From: Patescibacteria group bacterium
GTDB lineage: Bacteria > Patescibacteriota > Minisyncoccia > Portnoybacterales > UBA2143
DNA length: 64,000 nucleotides
Assembly: GCA_018830295.1 (NCBI GenBank)
Contig: JAHJSM010000001.1
Span: 65,980-129,979 of the forward strand
Reading direction: 5' to 3'
Below the pieces are notes generated by a model. It had not been told where the DNA came from and ran no database searches. It saw only the letters and a program-made list of their open reading frames with translations. Of the stretch, positions 1 through 9,270 are shown piece by piece; positions within the stretch are counted from its first letter, which is position 1, and each line of letters begins with the position of its first letter. The position numbers and the translations under genes were made by a program.

Positions 1-390
1 TGTCTTCGCCGCCGCTTTCTTCTTTCCGCTAACCGCCATGCCGCGGACATTCCCCCTTACTGTCCGAGTATTCGTTTTGCTCCGCTGCCCTCTTGTCGGC
101 AATCCTTTGCTATGCCTTATTCCGCGATAACAGCCAATATCTTTCAACCGCTTAATATTCATCATCTTTTCCTGCCTCAAATCACCCTCAACCATATATT
201 TCTTTTCAATAATCTCCCGTAAATTATTAACCTCGTCATTAGACAACTTATTCGTCCTGGTATCCGGACTGATTTTCAGCTCCGACAAAATCTCCCTGCT
301 TAAAGAAACCCCTATTCCGTAGATATAGGTTAAAGCGATTTCTATTCTTTTGTTTTCCGGAATATTTATTCCCGCAATACGAACTGCCAT
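1..390 (-). CDS. rpsM: 30S ribosomal protein S13 (3' end runs off the window)
   Basis: Minus-strand translation starts [12 protein letters not shown] at 388-390 and reads ...[18 protein letters not shown] to position 1. There is no stop codon in the window. It lies in the conserved infA-rpmJ-rpsM order. Confidence 0.85.
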   Translation of the reverse strand, partial: MAVRIAGINIPENKRIEIALTYIYGIGVSLSREILSELKISPDTRTNKLSNDEVNNLREIIEKKYMVEGDLRQEKMMNIKRLKDIGCYRGIRHSKGLPTRGQRSKTNTRTVRGNVRGMAVSGKKKAAAKT

Positions 391-407
391 AATATCAATA
401 TTTAAAA

Positions 408-521
408 TTATCCCTGCCTTTGCTTGTGTTTAGGGTTTTTGCAAATAACATAAACCCGACCTTTTCGTCGGACTATTTTGCACTGCGCGCATATTTTTTT
501 TACTGAAGCTTTAACTTTCAT
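408..521 (-). CDS. rpmJ: 50S ribosomal protein L36
   Basis: 38-codon [40 protein letters not shown], missed by the ORF track because it is short. It has the C-x2-C...C-x4-H zinc ribbon typical of L36 and sits between infA and rpsM. Confidence 0.85.
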   Translation of the reverse strand: MKVKASVKKICAQCKIVRRKGRVYVICKNPKHKQRQG

Positions 522-523
522 AC

Positions 524-748
524 TTATTTATCTCGATAAACAATTCTTCCTTTGGTCTTGTCGTAAGGACTTACTTCCAATCTAACCCTGTCTCCAATCA
601 AGACCTTAATGCGATACAACCGCATCTTCCCAGCAAGGTGAGCCAAAATCTCTTCCTCGCTCTCATTCAATTTAACTCTAAAAACCGCGTTAGGCAAACA
701 CTCTAAAACCACACCCTCTTTTGTGATTGTATCTTTTTCTTTTACCAC
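524..748 (-). CDS. infA: translation initiation factor IF-1
   Basis: 74 aa, [72 protein letters not shown]. This is a canonical IF-1 S1-like fold sequence. Confidence 0.9.
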   Translation of the reverse strand: MVKEKDTITKEGVVLECLPNAVFRVKLNESEEEILAHLAGKMRLYRIKVLIGDRVRLEVSPYDKTKGRIVYRDK

Positions 749-794
749 CCCCGTATGATAAACGATACGCTCAAATTAGTCAAATCTTTTTCAA

Positions 795-825
795 GGGGAC
801 AGTCCCTGCCGCGGGGACTGTCCCC
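795..825. repeat. REP-B hairpin: GGGGACAGTCCC-tgccgc-GGGGACTGTCCCC
   Basis: Two 13 nt GC palindromic units separated by 6 nt. It is one of six copies in the window and lies just 3' of the minus-strand gene 872..1480. Confidence 0.8.
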
Positions 826-837
826 GTCATAGTTCTG

Positions 838-858
838 TTCGGCTATCGGATAGCCGAA
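838..858. repeat. REP-A palindrome TTCGGCTATCGGATAGCCGAA
   Basis: Perfect 21 bp palindrome. It is one of seven copies or variants in the window. Confidence 0.8.
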
Positions 859-871
859 TTATTTTTATTTT

Positions 872-1480
872 TTATCTCCCGCAAATTCTTTTTATCTCAC
901 TAACTAATTCTGGAAATTCTGACTGATTAAAATGACCTCTATCCTTAAATATCCTTGCGGTCATGTCGGGCAAATCTTTTTGATATTTCTCGAGGTTAAG
1001 ATAAGGGACAACAGGATCATCTTCGCTATGATAAATAAATATCTTACCACCTTGCTTTTTAAACCTTTTTAAATCATTTAATATGGCAAAACCTCCTAAT
1101 GATTCTTCGATATCGCTTTCTTTATACGGCGGAGCGATTAGAATCGAAGCGCGAATTTTTTTGGGAAACTTATTTTCCGAAAGATATTTTGCTAAAAACA
1201 CTCCACCTAAAGAATGACCAATTAAAACAACATTATTATCTAACAGACGAGCGATTTTTCTAAACAATATCTTCCATTCGGCATATTTAGAATTCATCGG
1301 ATTTGGCATTTTCAATAACAAAACATCAAATCTATTCCCAAGTTCTTTCCGCAAAGAATCATTCCAATTTGTCTTTCTGTATTTATCCAAATCAACCTTC
1401 AAAAACTTCAAAAACGACAGATAATCTTTATCTGTTTCAAAAGAATTTCCACCATGAATTACAACAACTTGCTTTTTCAT
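872..1480 (-). CDS. alpha/beta-fold serine hydrolase (esterase/lipase-like)
   Basis: 202 aa. It has the nucleophile elbow LIGHSLGG and C-terminal Asp/His candidates (HSEDDP, DRGHF). Its size fits small RBBP9/YdeN-like hydrolases. Confidence 0.55.
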   Translation of the reverse strand: MKKQVVVIHGGNSFETDKDYLSFLKFLKVDLDKYRKTNWNDSLRKELGNRFDVLLLKMPNPMNSKYAEWKILFRKIARLLDNNVVLIGHSLGGVFLAKYLSENKFPKKIRASILIAPPYKESDIEESLGGFAILNDLKRFKKQGGKIFIYHSEDDPVVPYLNLEKYQKDLPDMTARIFKDRGHFNQSEFPELVSEIKRICGR

Positions 1481-1547
1481 AATATTTTCAGCAGATAAAA
1501 GACTATTAGAGCCTTTTTATCTTACCTTTTTATTTAACCTAAAAAAT

Positions 1548-1576
1548 TTGACATGTGTATAACTATTTGCTATACT
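1548..1576 (+). promoter_or_regulatory. near-consensus sigma70-like promoter (TTGACA-17-TATACT) with no plus-strand gene downstream
   Basis: TTGACA at 1548-1553, a 17 nt spacer and TATACT at 1571-1576. A compound GC hairpin (1591-1625) follows and then a T-run. Both neighbouring genes are on the minus strand. Confidence 0.3.
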
Positions 1577-1633
1577 TTGACCATATTTGGAAAAGGCGTT
1601 GGCTCGATTGGCCAATGGCCTTTTTCTTTTTGC

Positions 1634-2440
1634 CTACTTTTTATTATTTTCAACTTTTTTACCCTCGCTCTTTAAATCTTCTATATCTCCGTCATTTTTA
1701 TGAAAATGAATATTAAAACTATAATTTCTAAAATCTCGCGTTAAACTATTGACGCCTATCCCTTTTTTAAATTCCTCAACAAATTCCCATTTATATCGCG
1801 ATGGCGAACTTATCACTTTTTCTTTTAGGAGTAATTCATAATTTATTGAACCGATAATCAAATCTGCCATTTGTAATAAATCATTCGTTTTAGAATCTAA
1901 TCGGCAAACACCAGCAATGGCCAATCTTTTAAATTTATTATTCGTATGGTTTTTGACATTTACTTCAAATTTATTTCTTTTGGGAGCAACAAGATTATCA
2001 GCTAACACAATTAGCACTTCATTCTTCTTTAAATTACCCTCTAACAAATGTTTAGTAATTTGTTCATAAGCGACAAACGGGTCGCTATGAAATTCATTTT
2101 TAAAATACTGACTGCGTTTATCAATTGTATAGGACGAAAACCAAACACTGCGCGTTTGGAAAAAGGCGTCCAGAATTTCTTTAGCGGTTTTAATTTTAAC
2201 CTTATTTAAACCGCTAAATTTTAATTCCCACCAAAATCTATTTTTCTCTCTGATATATCGTATTTTTTGTTGTAAATAATACGGTTGCGAACATTTTATC
2301 ATTCCAACTGTAAAATATGGCTGGGTTTTAATATCTAATGTCCCTGATTCATCTAAAAAACAAAATGGCGTCCAGATTTTTTTATAATCAGACAATGTTA
2401 AATTATGATTATTTGCTTTTTTAAAAAATTTTTCTAACAT
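1634..2440 (-). CDS. hypothetical protein, possible DUF3800-like
   Basis: 268 aa. The N-terminal FCFLDESGTL resembles the DESG motif I recall from DUF3800. It has no transmembrane segment. Confidence 0.35.
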   Translation of the reverse strand: MLEKFFKKANNHNLTLSDYKKIWTPFCFLDESGTLDIKTQPYFTVGMIKCSQPYYLQQKIRYIREKNRFWWELKFSGLNKVKIKTAKEILDAFFQTRSVWFSSYTIDKRSQYFKNEFHSDPFVAYEQITKHLLEGNLKKNEVLIVLADNLVAPKRNKFEVNVKNHTNNKFKRLAIAGVCRLDSKTNDLLQMADLIIGSINYELLLKEKVISSPSRYKWEFVEEFKKGIGVNSLTRDFRNYSFNIHFHKNDGDIEDLKSEGKKVENNKK

Positions 2441-2565
2441 ATTTTTTAATTATTTTTTACTCTTGTTTGTATTTGCCATTATCCCATAAATTATATTCTT
2501 AATCAACCACCAACACAAATCAATCAAAAAAACCTCTTGGGAGGCGAAGTTTTTCCTTATCTCAA

Positions 2566-2596
2566 GGGGGACTGTCCCCTCTTAGGGACAGTCCCC
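2566..2596. repeat. REP-B hairpin: GGGGGACTGTCCCC-tcttag-GGACAGTCCCC
   Basis: Same palindromic unit pair as at 795-825. It lies 3' of the minus-strand gene 2620..4302. Confidence 0.8.
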
Positions 2597-2619
2597 AAAT
2601 TACAGCCCCTTCGGATATT

Positions 2620-4302
2620 TTAATACTCCTCCGCGTAGTCGTCTATTGTTATTTCAATCTTCTCTAACCGCGTTGGGATTTTTTTGACCCAGAATGGCCA
2701 GAAAGAAACCCTGGCTGTTTCAATTGTTGGCTGGCTGGATAAATATTTTCTGACTTCCACTTCGCTTTGTCCGGCTAAATCAGTTTTGAGCGACTGAACA
2801 TCAACCTTAAATGCCAAGTCCTCCGCGATGCTCAAAGAAAATTCCGCTTCTCCTTTGCCCCAATCAACTTCCACTTCGCTCCACGATATTTGCTGGCTGT
2901 TAGTCAAAGGCGTTTTATCTCCCGAAATCATTGAAATTAAATTGAAATCAATTAATTGTTTTAATTCTTCTTCGTTAAAAAGATAAGCGCTGATGACGGA
3001 CTTCATTTCAAGAGTAAATTTTTCCGCTTGTTCGCCCGCTTCGGTCGTCAAGGAAACTGTCTCTGTCTCTTCTCTTAAACTCTCTTCTATAATTTTTAAG
3101 TCCGATGGGATTTGCTCTTGGAACGCTTTTCTAATCGCATTTTTCAAATCCTCGCTTAAAATTTCTTCCGCTTTTTGAATATCCTCGGCGGAGACGACTT
3201 TCGCTTTCCCGACAATCCCGCCTGTCATCGCGTTTTCTGACTTGCCGTAAAAGCCAGCGAATTTGGAAGTTCCCTTAAATCCGGGAATTGTAAAATTAGT
3301 CGCGCCAATATTGTATTCCGCGCCCGGCTGGTCGGCGGTTACTTCCACTTCAAGAACACTTGCGATAATTTTTCCGTCCTCTATTTTAGCGCCAGGCACT
3401 GTCACGCCCGCGGAAATCCTGAAAACTTTTCCATCAGGCGATTCAAATCTTGTCCTCGCGACCAACGGCTGGGGCTCGGAACTATACTCGTTGTAAATGG
3501 TAATCACGCCTTTGGCTTTTTTAGTTAACTCCCTTTCGTCCGTCGCTAGAAATTCTCGGCTCTTTGTTTTTTCAACGCTAATTTCTTTAAGAGGAATTTT
3601 ATTTAAACTTTCGTCCGTTTGGGAAATGTCTCTCGCGCCGATAACTAAAAGGTCAAAATCAACTTTCTCTCTTTTAGGGAAAACAGTTATTTCCGTCGTC
3701 GGCAAAACTTGGTAGCCGACTGCGATTGCCGCCGCAAAAGATAAAATGATAAAAGCAGCGAAAATTTTAGGCCATTTTGAAGATGCTGATTTTTTCGCAA
3801 AAATTGGAGGCAGATTTTTCTTCTCGTTTTTAGTGCTGAAAACATTAACTTTAACTTCTTCTTTTTTTTCTTTTTTCACTTCTTCTTCTGTGTTAACAAT
3901 ATCAGCCATTCTTTTTTGGGGAGCGCTCGCGAACGAGAAAAACGAATTGGCTGATTCTTTATCCGATTCCAGACCTTCCGCCAAAAAGTCAATCATATCA
4001 TCTTTCATTTTGGGCTGGTTTTCGTTTTTCTGAATCGCTAACTCCGCCGAAAAATCGCCATCTTGTTTGATATTAAAACCGATTTTTTCAGCCATTTCCG
4101 CGTTCAAATCGCTTGCCACAACAAACGAAACATTTTTCCCAAGATTGTCCGCCTCCCGCTTAAGCAGTTTCAAATTAATTGAACTCTGCCAAATCTGCGC
4201 TCCCGAAGGAACGATCATATTAACTTGGTCGTCATCCGCCTGAACAAGGCGGTCAATGACTGAAATAATTTCCTCATCCGGCTCAAGATAAATATTTTTC
4301 AT
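2620..4302 (-). CDS. hypothetical single-pass membrane protein (cytoplasmic N-domain, one TM, ~360 aa outside domain)
   Basis: 560 aa. A hydrophobic helix WPKIFAAFIILSFAAAIAVGYQVL lies near residue 180, and a K/E-rich linker precedes it. It is immediately downstream of the ftsA-like gene. I could not recognise a family. Confidence 0.5.
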   Translation of the reverse strand: MKNIYLEPDEEIISVIDRLVQADDDQVNMIVPSGAQIWQSSINLKLLKREADNLGKNVSFVVASDLNAEMAEKIGFNIKQDGDFSAELAIQKNENQPKMKDDMIDFLAEGLESDKESANSFFSFASAPQKRMADIVNTEEEVKKEKKEEVKVNVFSTKNEKKNLPPIFAKKSASSKWPKIFAAFIILSFAAAIAVGYQVLPTTEITVFPKREKVDFDLLVIGARDISQTDESLNKIPLKEISVEKTKSREFLATDERELTKKAKGVITIYNEYSSEPQPLVARTRFESPDGKVFRISAGVTVPGAKIEDGKIIASVLEVEVTADQPGAEYNIGATNFTIPGFKGTSKFAGFYGKSENAMTGGIVGKAKVVSAEDIQKAEEILSEDLKNAIRKAFQEQIPSDLKIIEESLREETETVSLTTEAGEQAEKFTLEMKSVISAYLFNEEELKQLIDFNLISMISGDKTPLTNSQQISWSEVEVDWGKGEAEFSLSIAEDLAFKVDVQSLKTDLAGQSEVEVRKYLSSQPTIETARVSFWPFWVKKIPTRLEKIEITIDDYAEEY

Positions 4303-4315
4303 AGATATAATTTCT

Positions 4316-4488
4316 AATTATCAATTTCCAATTTTCAATTATCAAACAATTTCTTAATTTTCAAATAATATTTTAATTTCTAAATTCATTATCTTCTTCT
4401 CTTGTTTTTTCTTGTTTTTTCTTGTTTGAAAAATTAGTAAATTAATTCATTGAAAATTTTTTGAAAATTGATAATTGAAAATTGAAAA
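4316..4488. promoter_or_regulatory. structured intergenic region with inverted heptamer arrays and a (CTTGTTTTTT)x3 core
   Basis: Four tandem TTWTCAA heptamers lie at 4318-4345, with one more at 4358-4364. Tandem TTGAWAA heptamers lie at 4450-4488; these are the reverse complement. Between them, 4401-4430 is tcttgttttttcttgttttttcttgtttg. The region sits between the ftsA stop and the start of gene 2620..4302. Confidence 0.5.
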
Positions 4489-4496
4489 TTAATATT

Positions 4497-5816
4497 TTAC
4501 CTCATCATTCTGACCACTCTTCTTAAAATGGGAGGCAGGACTTTCTTTTTGTCGGTTGATATTTCCAATGTTAACCCCGCTAAAGCCAAAGGCGTAATAT
4601 TTTCAGGCCCCTCCAAAATATTTGTTTGGTCGGTTATGTTAATAATCTGGTCCGGCGTAATAAAATTAACTTGCGGCATTTGGCTAAACGGAAATTTTTT
4701 CAGCCACTCGTCGCTTGCCACTTTTTTGCTCAAAATATTTTTTATACCGCTCAATAAACTCCCTCCCCCACAAAGATAAATCGCGGACGGAAAATATTCG
4801 GTCTGACCAAATTCCTCCAAAACTATTTCCACGCCGCTCAACCATGTTTCTATGTCTTTTTTTAAAATTTGCCTGATTTTTCTCCGAACTCCTAAACTTA
4901 ATTTTTTTTGAGAATATCTGATTTTAACCTCTTCCGCTTCGGCGAAATTAAGACCTAAAGCCGACGATAGTCGTTTGGTAAATGTTCTTCCCGCCAAAGC
5001 AAAACTCTTAATTCCTTCCACTCTCCCTTGCCTTGCCAAAGCAACATCTGTCGTTCCTCCGCCGATATCAATAAAAATGGCGCCTGATTTTTGATTAAAT
5101 CCTGAAAGTTTGGTTAATGCGTAAGGCTCGGCCGCGACTGAAAGCAAATCCAAATTCAATTTTGAAGCGATACTCTCCAACGCCCGCAAATGAACCATGG
5201 GCGCATAAACATTAAAAATACTGATAAATATTTCTTTGCCTTGAAAATCAAGCGGGTTTGTCACTTGGTACCCGTCAATTCTAATTTCGGTAATTAAAGC
5301 GTTGACTAATCGTATCTCAATTTCCGAACGGCCCGTCTCCCAAGCCAGTTGCGCGCGAACCTGATTAAACGCCTTCCATTGCGCTTTTTGAATAATATTT
5401 TTAAGTTCGGATAAATCAATTTCTTCTTCTGGTTTTTCTCTTTGACAGACAAAATCTGTTGTGGCGCCTTTGATAAATTCTCCCGCCGCCCCGATGACCG
5501 CTTTTTTGGGCGTAATCCGCGCCATCTTCACAGCCCGATTAATCGCCCTTTGACACGAAGACGCAACACCCTCAATATCCGCCACTGCCCCAGCAAACAT
5601 ATGCCCCGATGACTGCTTCGCCCGCCCAACGCCGACGACAATCCCCTGGTCCTCCGTTTGGTCGTCAAAAAAACCGCTTTCAGCTCTAAAAATCACTGCT
5701 TTAACGAATTCCGTTCCAATATCCAAAGCCAGCAAATAGTCCTTCGCTCTCCTTTTTCCGCCCCACCTCCATAAATTATTTTTAAAAAATTTAATCAACG
5801 AACCCATTTCCCGCAT
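4497..5816 (-). CDS. ftsA: cell division protein FtsA-like (actin-fold ATPase, FtsA/PilM family)
   Basis: 439 aa. Motifs LALDIGTEFVKAVIF, VGVGRAKQSSGHMFAGAVADIEGVASSCQRAINRA, IDIGGGTTDVAL and LCGGGSLLSGI are present. Its length and extra subdomain fit FtsA better than PilM. Confidence 0.65.
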   Translation of the reverse strand: MREMGSLIKFFKNNLWRWGGKRRAKDYLLALDIGTEFVKAVIFRAESGFFDDQTEDQGIVVGVGRAKQSSGHMFAGAVADIEGVASSCQRAINRAVKMARITPKKAVIGAAGEFIKGATTDFVCQREKPEEEIDLSELKNIIQKAQWKAFNQVRAQLAWETGRSEIEIRLVNALITEIRIDGYQVTNPLDFQGKEIFISIFNVYAPMVHLRALESIASKLNLDLLSVAAEPYALTKLSGFNQKSGAIFIDIGGGTTDVALARQGRVEGIKSFALAGRTFTKRLSSALGLNFAEAEEVKIRYSQKKLSLGVRRKIRQILKKDIETWLSGVEIVLEEFGQTEYFPSAIYLCGGGSLLSGIKNILSKKVASDEWLKKFPFSQMPQVNFITPDQIINITDQTNILEGPENITPLALAGLTLEISTDKKKVLPPILRRVVRMMR

Positions 5817-5867
5817 TATACACTATTTCCGCTTTTCAGACAAATAACTACAGCAACTCCTAACTCC

Positions 5868-5902
5868 GGGGACAGTCCCCATTCTGAATGGGGACTGTCC
5901 CC
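5868..5902. repeat. REP-B hairpin: GGGGACAGTCCCC-attctgaat-GGGGACTGTCCCC
   Basis: 13-14 bp perfect stem. It lies 3' of the minus-strand gene 5915..7321. Confidence 0.8.
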
Positions 5903-5914
5903 TATTATAATTTC

Positions 5915-7321
5915 TTACACTAGCGGTTCCATTTCCTCTATATTATCCTCCTTTTCTTTCGGCAGTTCCTCGTCTTTCAATTTCTCTTTTACGCTTTCCA
6001 AAGAAAGAGCGTATTTCTCGCGGCTTTGATTCATGATTTCCTTTTTGTAAGAAAGATGCCCCGACGGCAAAACCTTAAGCGTTTCGGCAGAGAAAGGATC
6101 AAACGCTTCGCCATCAATGGTCATTTTGATATAAAATTCCCGCGCGCCTAAATTAATCATGTCCTCCGCCTGAAAAATCGGCGTCATTTCCATGGCCAAT
6201 TTCGCGGCGTCATCTCCGCCCACTCTGAAAACAACAATTGTCCCGATATTCCCCAAAACAGTCGCCACAACTTGCTGTAATAATTGCGCCATATATTGAT
6301 GAGCGACCGTGATGCAAAGCCCGTATTTTCTTGATTCGGTAAATAAATTTTCAAAAGTCGTCGTAATTAAATTTTGAAACTCATCCACATAAAGATAAAA
6401 ATCTTTCCTCTTATCTTCCGGCATAGACGCCCTTGCCATGCACGCCTGATAAAGTTTAGTGATAAACATTGAACCAAAAAAACTGCTGTTTTCCTCGCCC
6501 AATTTACCTTTCGCTAAATTGATTAAAAGAATTTTCTTGTCGTTCATAATTTTCTCTAAATCAATTTTGTTTTCTTTCTGCCCAAAAATGCTGCGCAACA
6601 TCGGATTGGAAAGAAATTGGCTCAACTTATTAACCAAAGGAATAATCGCCTCCGTATCAAACTTCTCCGACCAGTCGGCGAACTCAACCGCCCAGAATCT
6701 CTTGACCATATCGTCTTCAATATAGTCAGTAACTTTTTGCCGGTATCGTCTGTCTGTAAGCATAGAAATCATTCCGCGCATCGTCGCGTCAGGGTAATCA
6801 AGTAAAGCCAAAACAGTAAATCTAAAAACATGTTCTAATCGCGGCGTCCAGTTCGCTCCGAATTGCCGCTCCAAAACTTCAATCAACCCTTGGGCGACTT
6901 GGTGTTTTAATTCTGGGACAACATTCAAAAGAGGATTAAAAGAAACGGGAAAATTAATATCCGACGGGTCAATCACAACAATATCATTGATTCTTTCCTT
7001 GGGGATAAAATCCAAAATATTTTCAATCAAATCACCGTGGGGGTCAATCAAACAAACGCCATGCCCATAAGCGATATCCTGTCGGATTAAAAGTTCCAAA
7101 AATTTGGTTTTTCCCACGCCGCTTTTCCCAATAGAATAAATATGCTGTCTCCGGTCCACCCGTTTAATGCCAAAGATAAATTTTTTCGTCTCTAAAGCGG
7201 CCTCGTAATTTGTCCGGCCAAAAAAAGAGCACTCTTTCGCGTCCACATCCGCCGCTCCGTAAACCGGCAATTCCGTCGGAGGAGGCGCGCACTTAATTTT
7301 CCGAATCTTTTCTCTGGTCAT
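5915..7321 (-). CDS. VirD4/TraG/TrwB-like P-loop ATPase (T4SS coupling-protein-like), paralog 2
   Basis: 468 aa. Walker A GKSGVGKT, DPHGD shortly after it, Walker B LYVDEFQN, and a C-terminal AHQYMAQL motif are present. It is paralogous to 10975..12639. Confidence 0.5.
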   Translation of the reverse strand: MTREKIRKIKCAPPPTELPVYGAADVDAKECSFFGRTNYEAALETKKFIFGIKRVDRRQHIYSIGKSGVGKTKFLELLIRQDIAYGHGVCLIDPHGDLIENILDFIPKERINDIVVIDPSDINFPVSFNPLLNVVPELKHQVAQGLIEVLERQFGANWTPRLEHVFRFTVLALLDYPDATMRGMISMLTDRRYRQKVTDYIEDDMVKRFWAVEFADWSEKFDTEAIIPLVNKLSQFLSNPMLRSIFGQKENKIDLEKIMNDKKILLINLAKGKLGEENSSFFGSMFITKLYQACMARASMPEDKRKDFYLYVDEFQNLITTTFENLFTESRKYGLCITVAHQYMAQLLQQVVATVLGNIGTIVVFRVGGDDAAKLAMEMTPIFQAEDMINLGAREFYIKMTIDGEAFDPFSAETLKVLPSGHLSYKKEIMNQSREKYALSLESVKEKLKDEELPKEKEDNIEEMEPLV

Positions 7322-7327
7322 ATTAGT

Positions 7328-7987
7328 TTAACATATATTATTTTTCGTAAGAATTTTTTTCGCGATTCTATTGATAACAGTCCCGACAAAACCAAATCTT
7401 TTGTCGCGGATATAAAAATATCCAAAAAATGAAATAACCAACGCGCCTCCGGCATTAACCATTAAATCCAACATTGTATCCACCAAGCCGGATTTTTGCA
7501 TATTTAATCCAAACATCATATCCGCGCCAAACTCCATCATTTCCCAAATTGTTCCCAAAGACAAAGCGAAACAAAATGAAAAAACGGCAATAGTAATAGG
7601 ACTCGCTTTTATTTTATACTGCTGATAAAGAATAAGGAGCACTAAAAATCCAGCAAATGCTATAACAGTGCTAGACAAAGCGTGCAAGGCGATATCCCAC
7701 CACCAAATTTTAGTATAATAATTACGCGCCTCGCCAAGAAAAATAGCTGCGTAAACAAAAACAGCCACAATAAATTCCAATTCAATCGGCAAGTGAATTT
7801 TATAGTTTCGTTGGATTAAAGCAGGCAAAAAAGTAATGAACAAAACAAGCAAACTCACAAACAAGACCGTCCAATTTTGGAAAATAACTGATTCCGCGAC
7901 AGCCAAAAGCAAAACCAATCTTATAAAATAAGATATCGTCAATTGAATTTTGTCTATAATATCAATGTCTTTAGGAAAAAACAACAT
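7328..7987 (-). CDS. polytopic integral membrane protein (5-6 TM), hypothetical
   Basis: 219 aa and hydrophobic throughout. It lies immediately upstream, in transcription order, of ATPase 5915..7321. Confidence 0.5.
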   Translation of the reverse strand: MLFFPKDIDIIDKIQLTISYFIRLVLLLAVAESVIFQNWTVLFVSLLVLFITFLPALIQRNYKIHLPIELEFIVAVFVYAAIFLGEARNYYTKIWWWDIALHALSSTVIAFAGFLVLLILYQQYKIKASPITIAVFSFCFALSLGTIWEMMEFGADMMFGLNMQKSGLVDTMLDLMVNAGGALVISFFGYFYIRDKRFGFVGTVINRIAKKILTKNNIC

Positions 7988-7992
7988 ATAAT

Positions 7993-9204
7993 TTATCCTA
8001 TCTCATCCTTAGTTAAAAATTCTCTGATATTCATCTGTTTAATTCCTTTATACTCGCCTTTATCTATCATTTCATCCATGGAAACCACTATTTTAGGACA
8101 ATTATCCGGAATTGCCAATAAATTACCGAATTCTCTTTCATAATTTTCTTCGGTAATTTTATAAGCGACCTGAATATACAATCGCTTATTATTTTTTTCG
8201 CAGACAAAATCAACTTCCTTATTGCCAAGCTGTCCAACTGTCACTTTACAGCCAATAATTTGCATATGCAGAAAGACCAAATTTTCCAATATCTTATTAA
8301 TATCGGGCTGTTTATACCCCGCGATTGAATGCCTTAAGCCGAGATCTTCAAAATAATATTTGTCGTTGATTTCAAAAATCTTTTTGCCTTGAATGTCCGA
8401 CCGAGGAACCTTAAAAACAAAAAACGCTTGCGTCAAAAAAGACAAATAATCCAAAACGATATTAGGCGAAATATCTGTTTTTTGCGATTTTATAAAATCG
8501 CTGATTTTCTTGGCTGAAACCAAACTGCCAGTATTGTCAGCCAAATATTCAACCAACCTTTCTAAAAAAGCGGCATTGCGAATTTTGTGCCTATTGACCA
8601 CATCCTTAAAAAGAATTGTGTTATAAACATTTCTTAAATAATCGTAAACTATTGAGTCCTCTAATTCTAAATGAATTAAATAAGGCAGCCCACCGTATTT
8701 TATATATTTTAAAAACGACTCCTGATTATCCGATAATTTATGAAAAAATAAAAATTCTAAATAAGACAAACCGAAAACTTTAAATTCAATATACCTGCCG
8801 CTTAAATATGTCGCTAATTCTCCTGAAAGCAAATTAGCATTGCTGCCCGTGCAATAAATATCATACTTGCCTCTGGCGTTAAGGTCTCTTAATGCCTTCT
8901 CAAACTGTTTAATATCCTGAACTTCATCAATAAATATATAATTTTTTCTTCTCGTTTGAGTATTTCGCTTAACAAAATCTATAAGATCTTTATAGTTTTT
9001 AATTTCGTCAAATTCATTAAGTTCTTTGTTGATATAAATAATATTGGCGTTTTTGTGATTTTTCTTAACTACATCCATAAGTTGAAAAAGAAGATAACTT
9101 TTACCCACTCTCCTTTGCCCAACAATAACCTTAATAAGCCCTTTGTCCATAAAGGGGGCAATTTTTTTTAAGTAATATTTTCTTTTAATATACTTTTTGA
9201 TCAT
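7993..9204 (-). CDS. AAA+ ATPase of the DUF4143/COG1373 family
   Basis: 403 aa. Walker A IVGQRRVGKSYLL and Walker B YIFIDEVQ are present, and the C-terminal region fits DUF4143. A second, divergent copy lies at 32290..33591. Confidence 0.6.
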   Translation of the reverse strand: MIKKYIKRKYYLKKIAPFMDKGLIKVIVGQRRVGKSYLLFQLMDVVKKNHKNANIIYINKELNEFDEIKNYKDLIDFVKRNTQTRRKNYIFIDEVQDIKQFEKALRDLNARGKYDIYCTGSNANLLSGELATYLSGRYIEFKVFGLSYLEFLFFHKLSDNQESFLKYIKYGGLPYLIHLELEDSIVYDYLRNVYNTILFKDVVNRHKIRNAAFLERLVEYLADNTGSLVSAKKISDFIKSQKTDISPNIVLDYLSFLTQAFFVFKVPRSDIQGKKIFEINDKYYFEDLGLRHSIAGYKQPDINKILENLVFLHMQIIGCKVTVGQLGNKEVDFVCEKNNKRLYIQVAYKITEENYEREFGNLLAIPDNCPKIVVSMDEMIDKGEYKGIKQMNIREFLTKDEIG

Positions 9205-9252
9205 AAGATTTTTTGCGAGATATACTTAAAACTTTCTCGTATTCACTCTATG

Positions 9253-9270
9253 TTTTAAGTATACTTAAAA
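9253..9270. promoter_or_regulatory. perfect 18 bp palindrome TTTTAAGTATACTTAAAA with an upstream half-site copy (9220-9236)
   Basis: The sequence is its own reverse complement. The half-site ATATACTTAAAACTTTC repeats 39 bp upstream. Both lie in the 85 bp gap upstream of the DUF4143 ATPase start. Confidence 0.45.

Noticed and set aside
2993-4033. Four plus-strand ORFs (61-95 aa) inside the minus-strand gene 2620..4302
   Set aside because: They are antisense to a long coherent ORF, low-complexity, and have no RBS or promoter context. They are ORF-finder artefacts.
4401-4430. Tandem (CTTGTTTTTT)x3 considered as a CRISPR or minisatellite
   Set aside because: The units are only 10 bp with no spacers and only three copies. 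I treat them as part of a regulatory region.
4316-4488. AT-rich repeat region considered as a replication origin
   Set aside because: I found no DnaA-box-like 9-mers (TTATCCACA or close variants). dnaA and dnaN are not nearby.
4497-5816. Alternative call of the actin-like ATPase as PilM (type IV pilus)
   Set aside because: Its length of 439 aa and the extra subdomain between the first phosphate motifs fit FtsA better. There are no pilN/pilO/pilB neighbours. The call remains uncertain.
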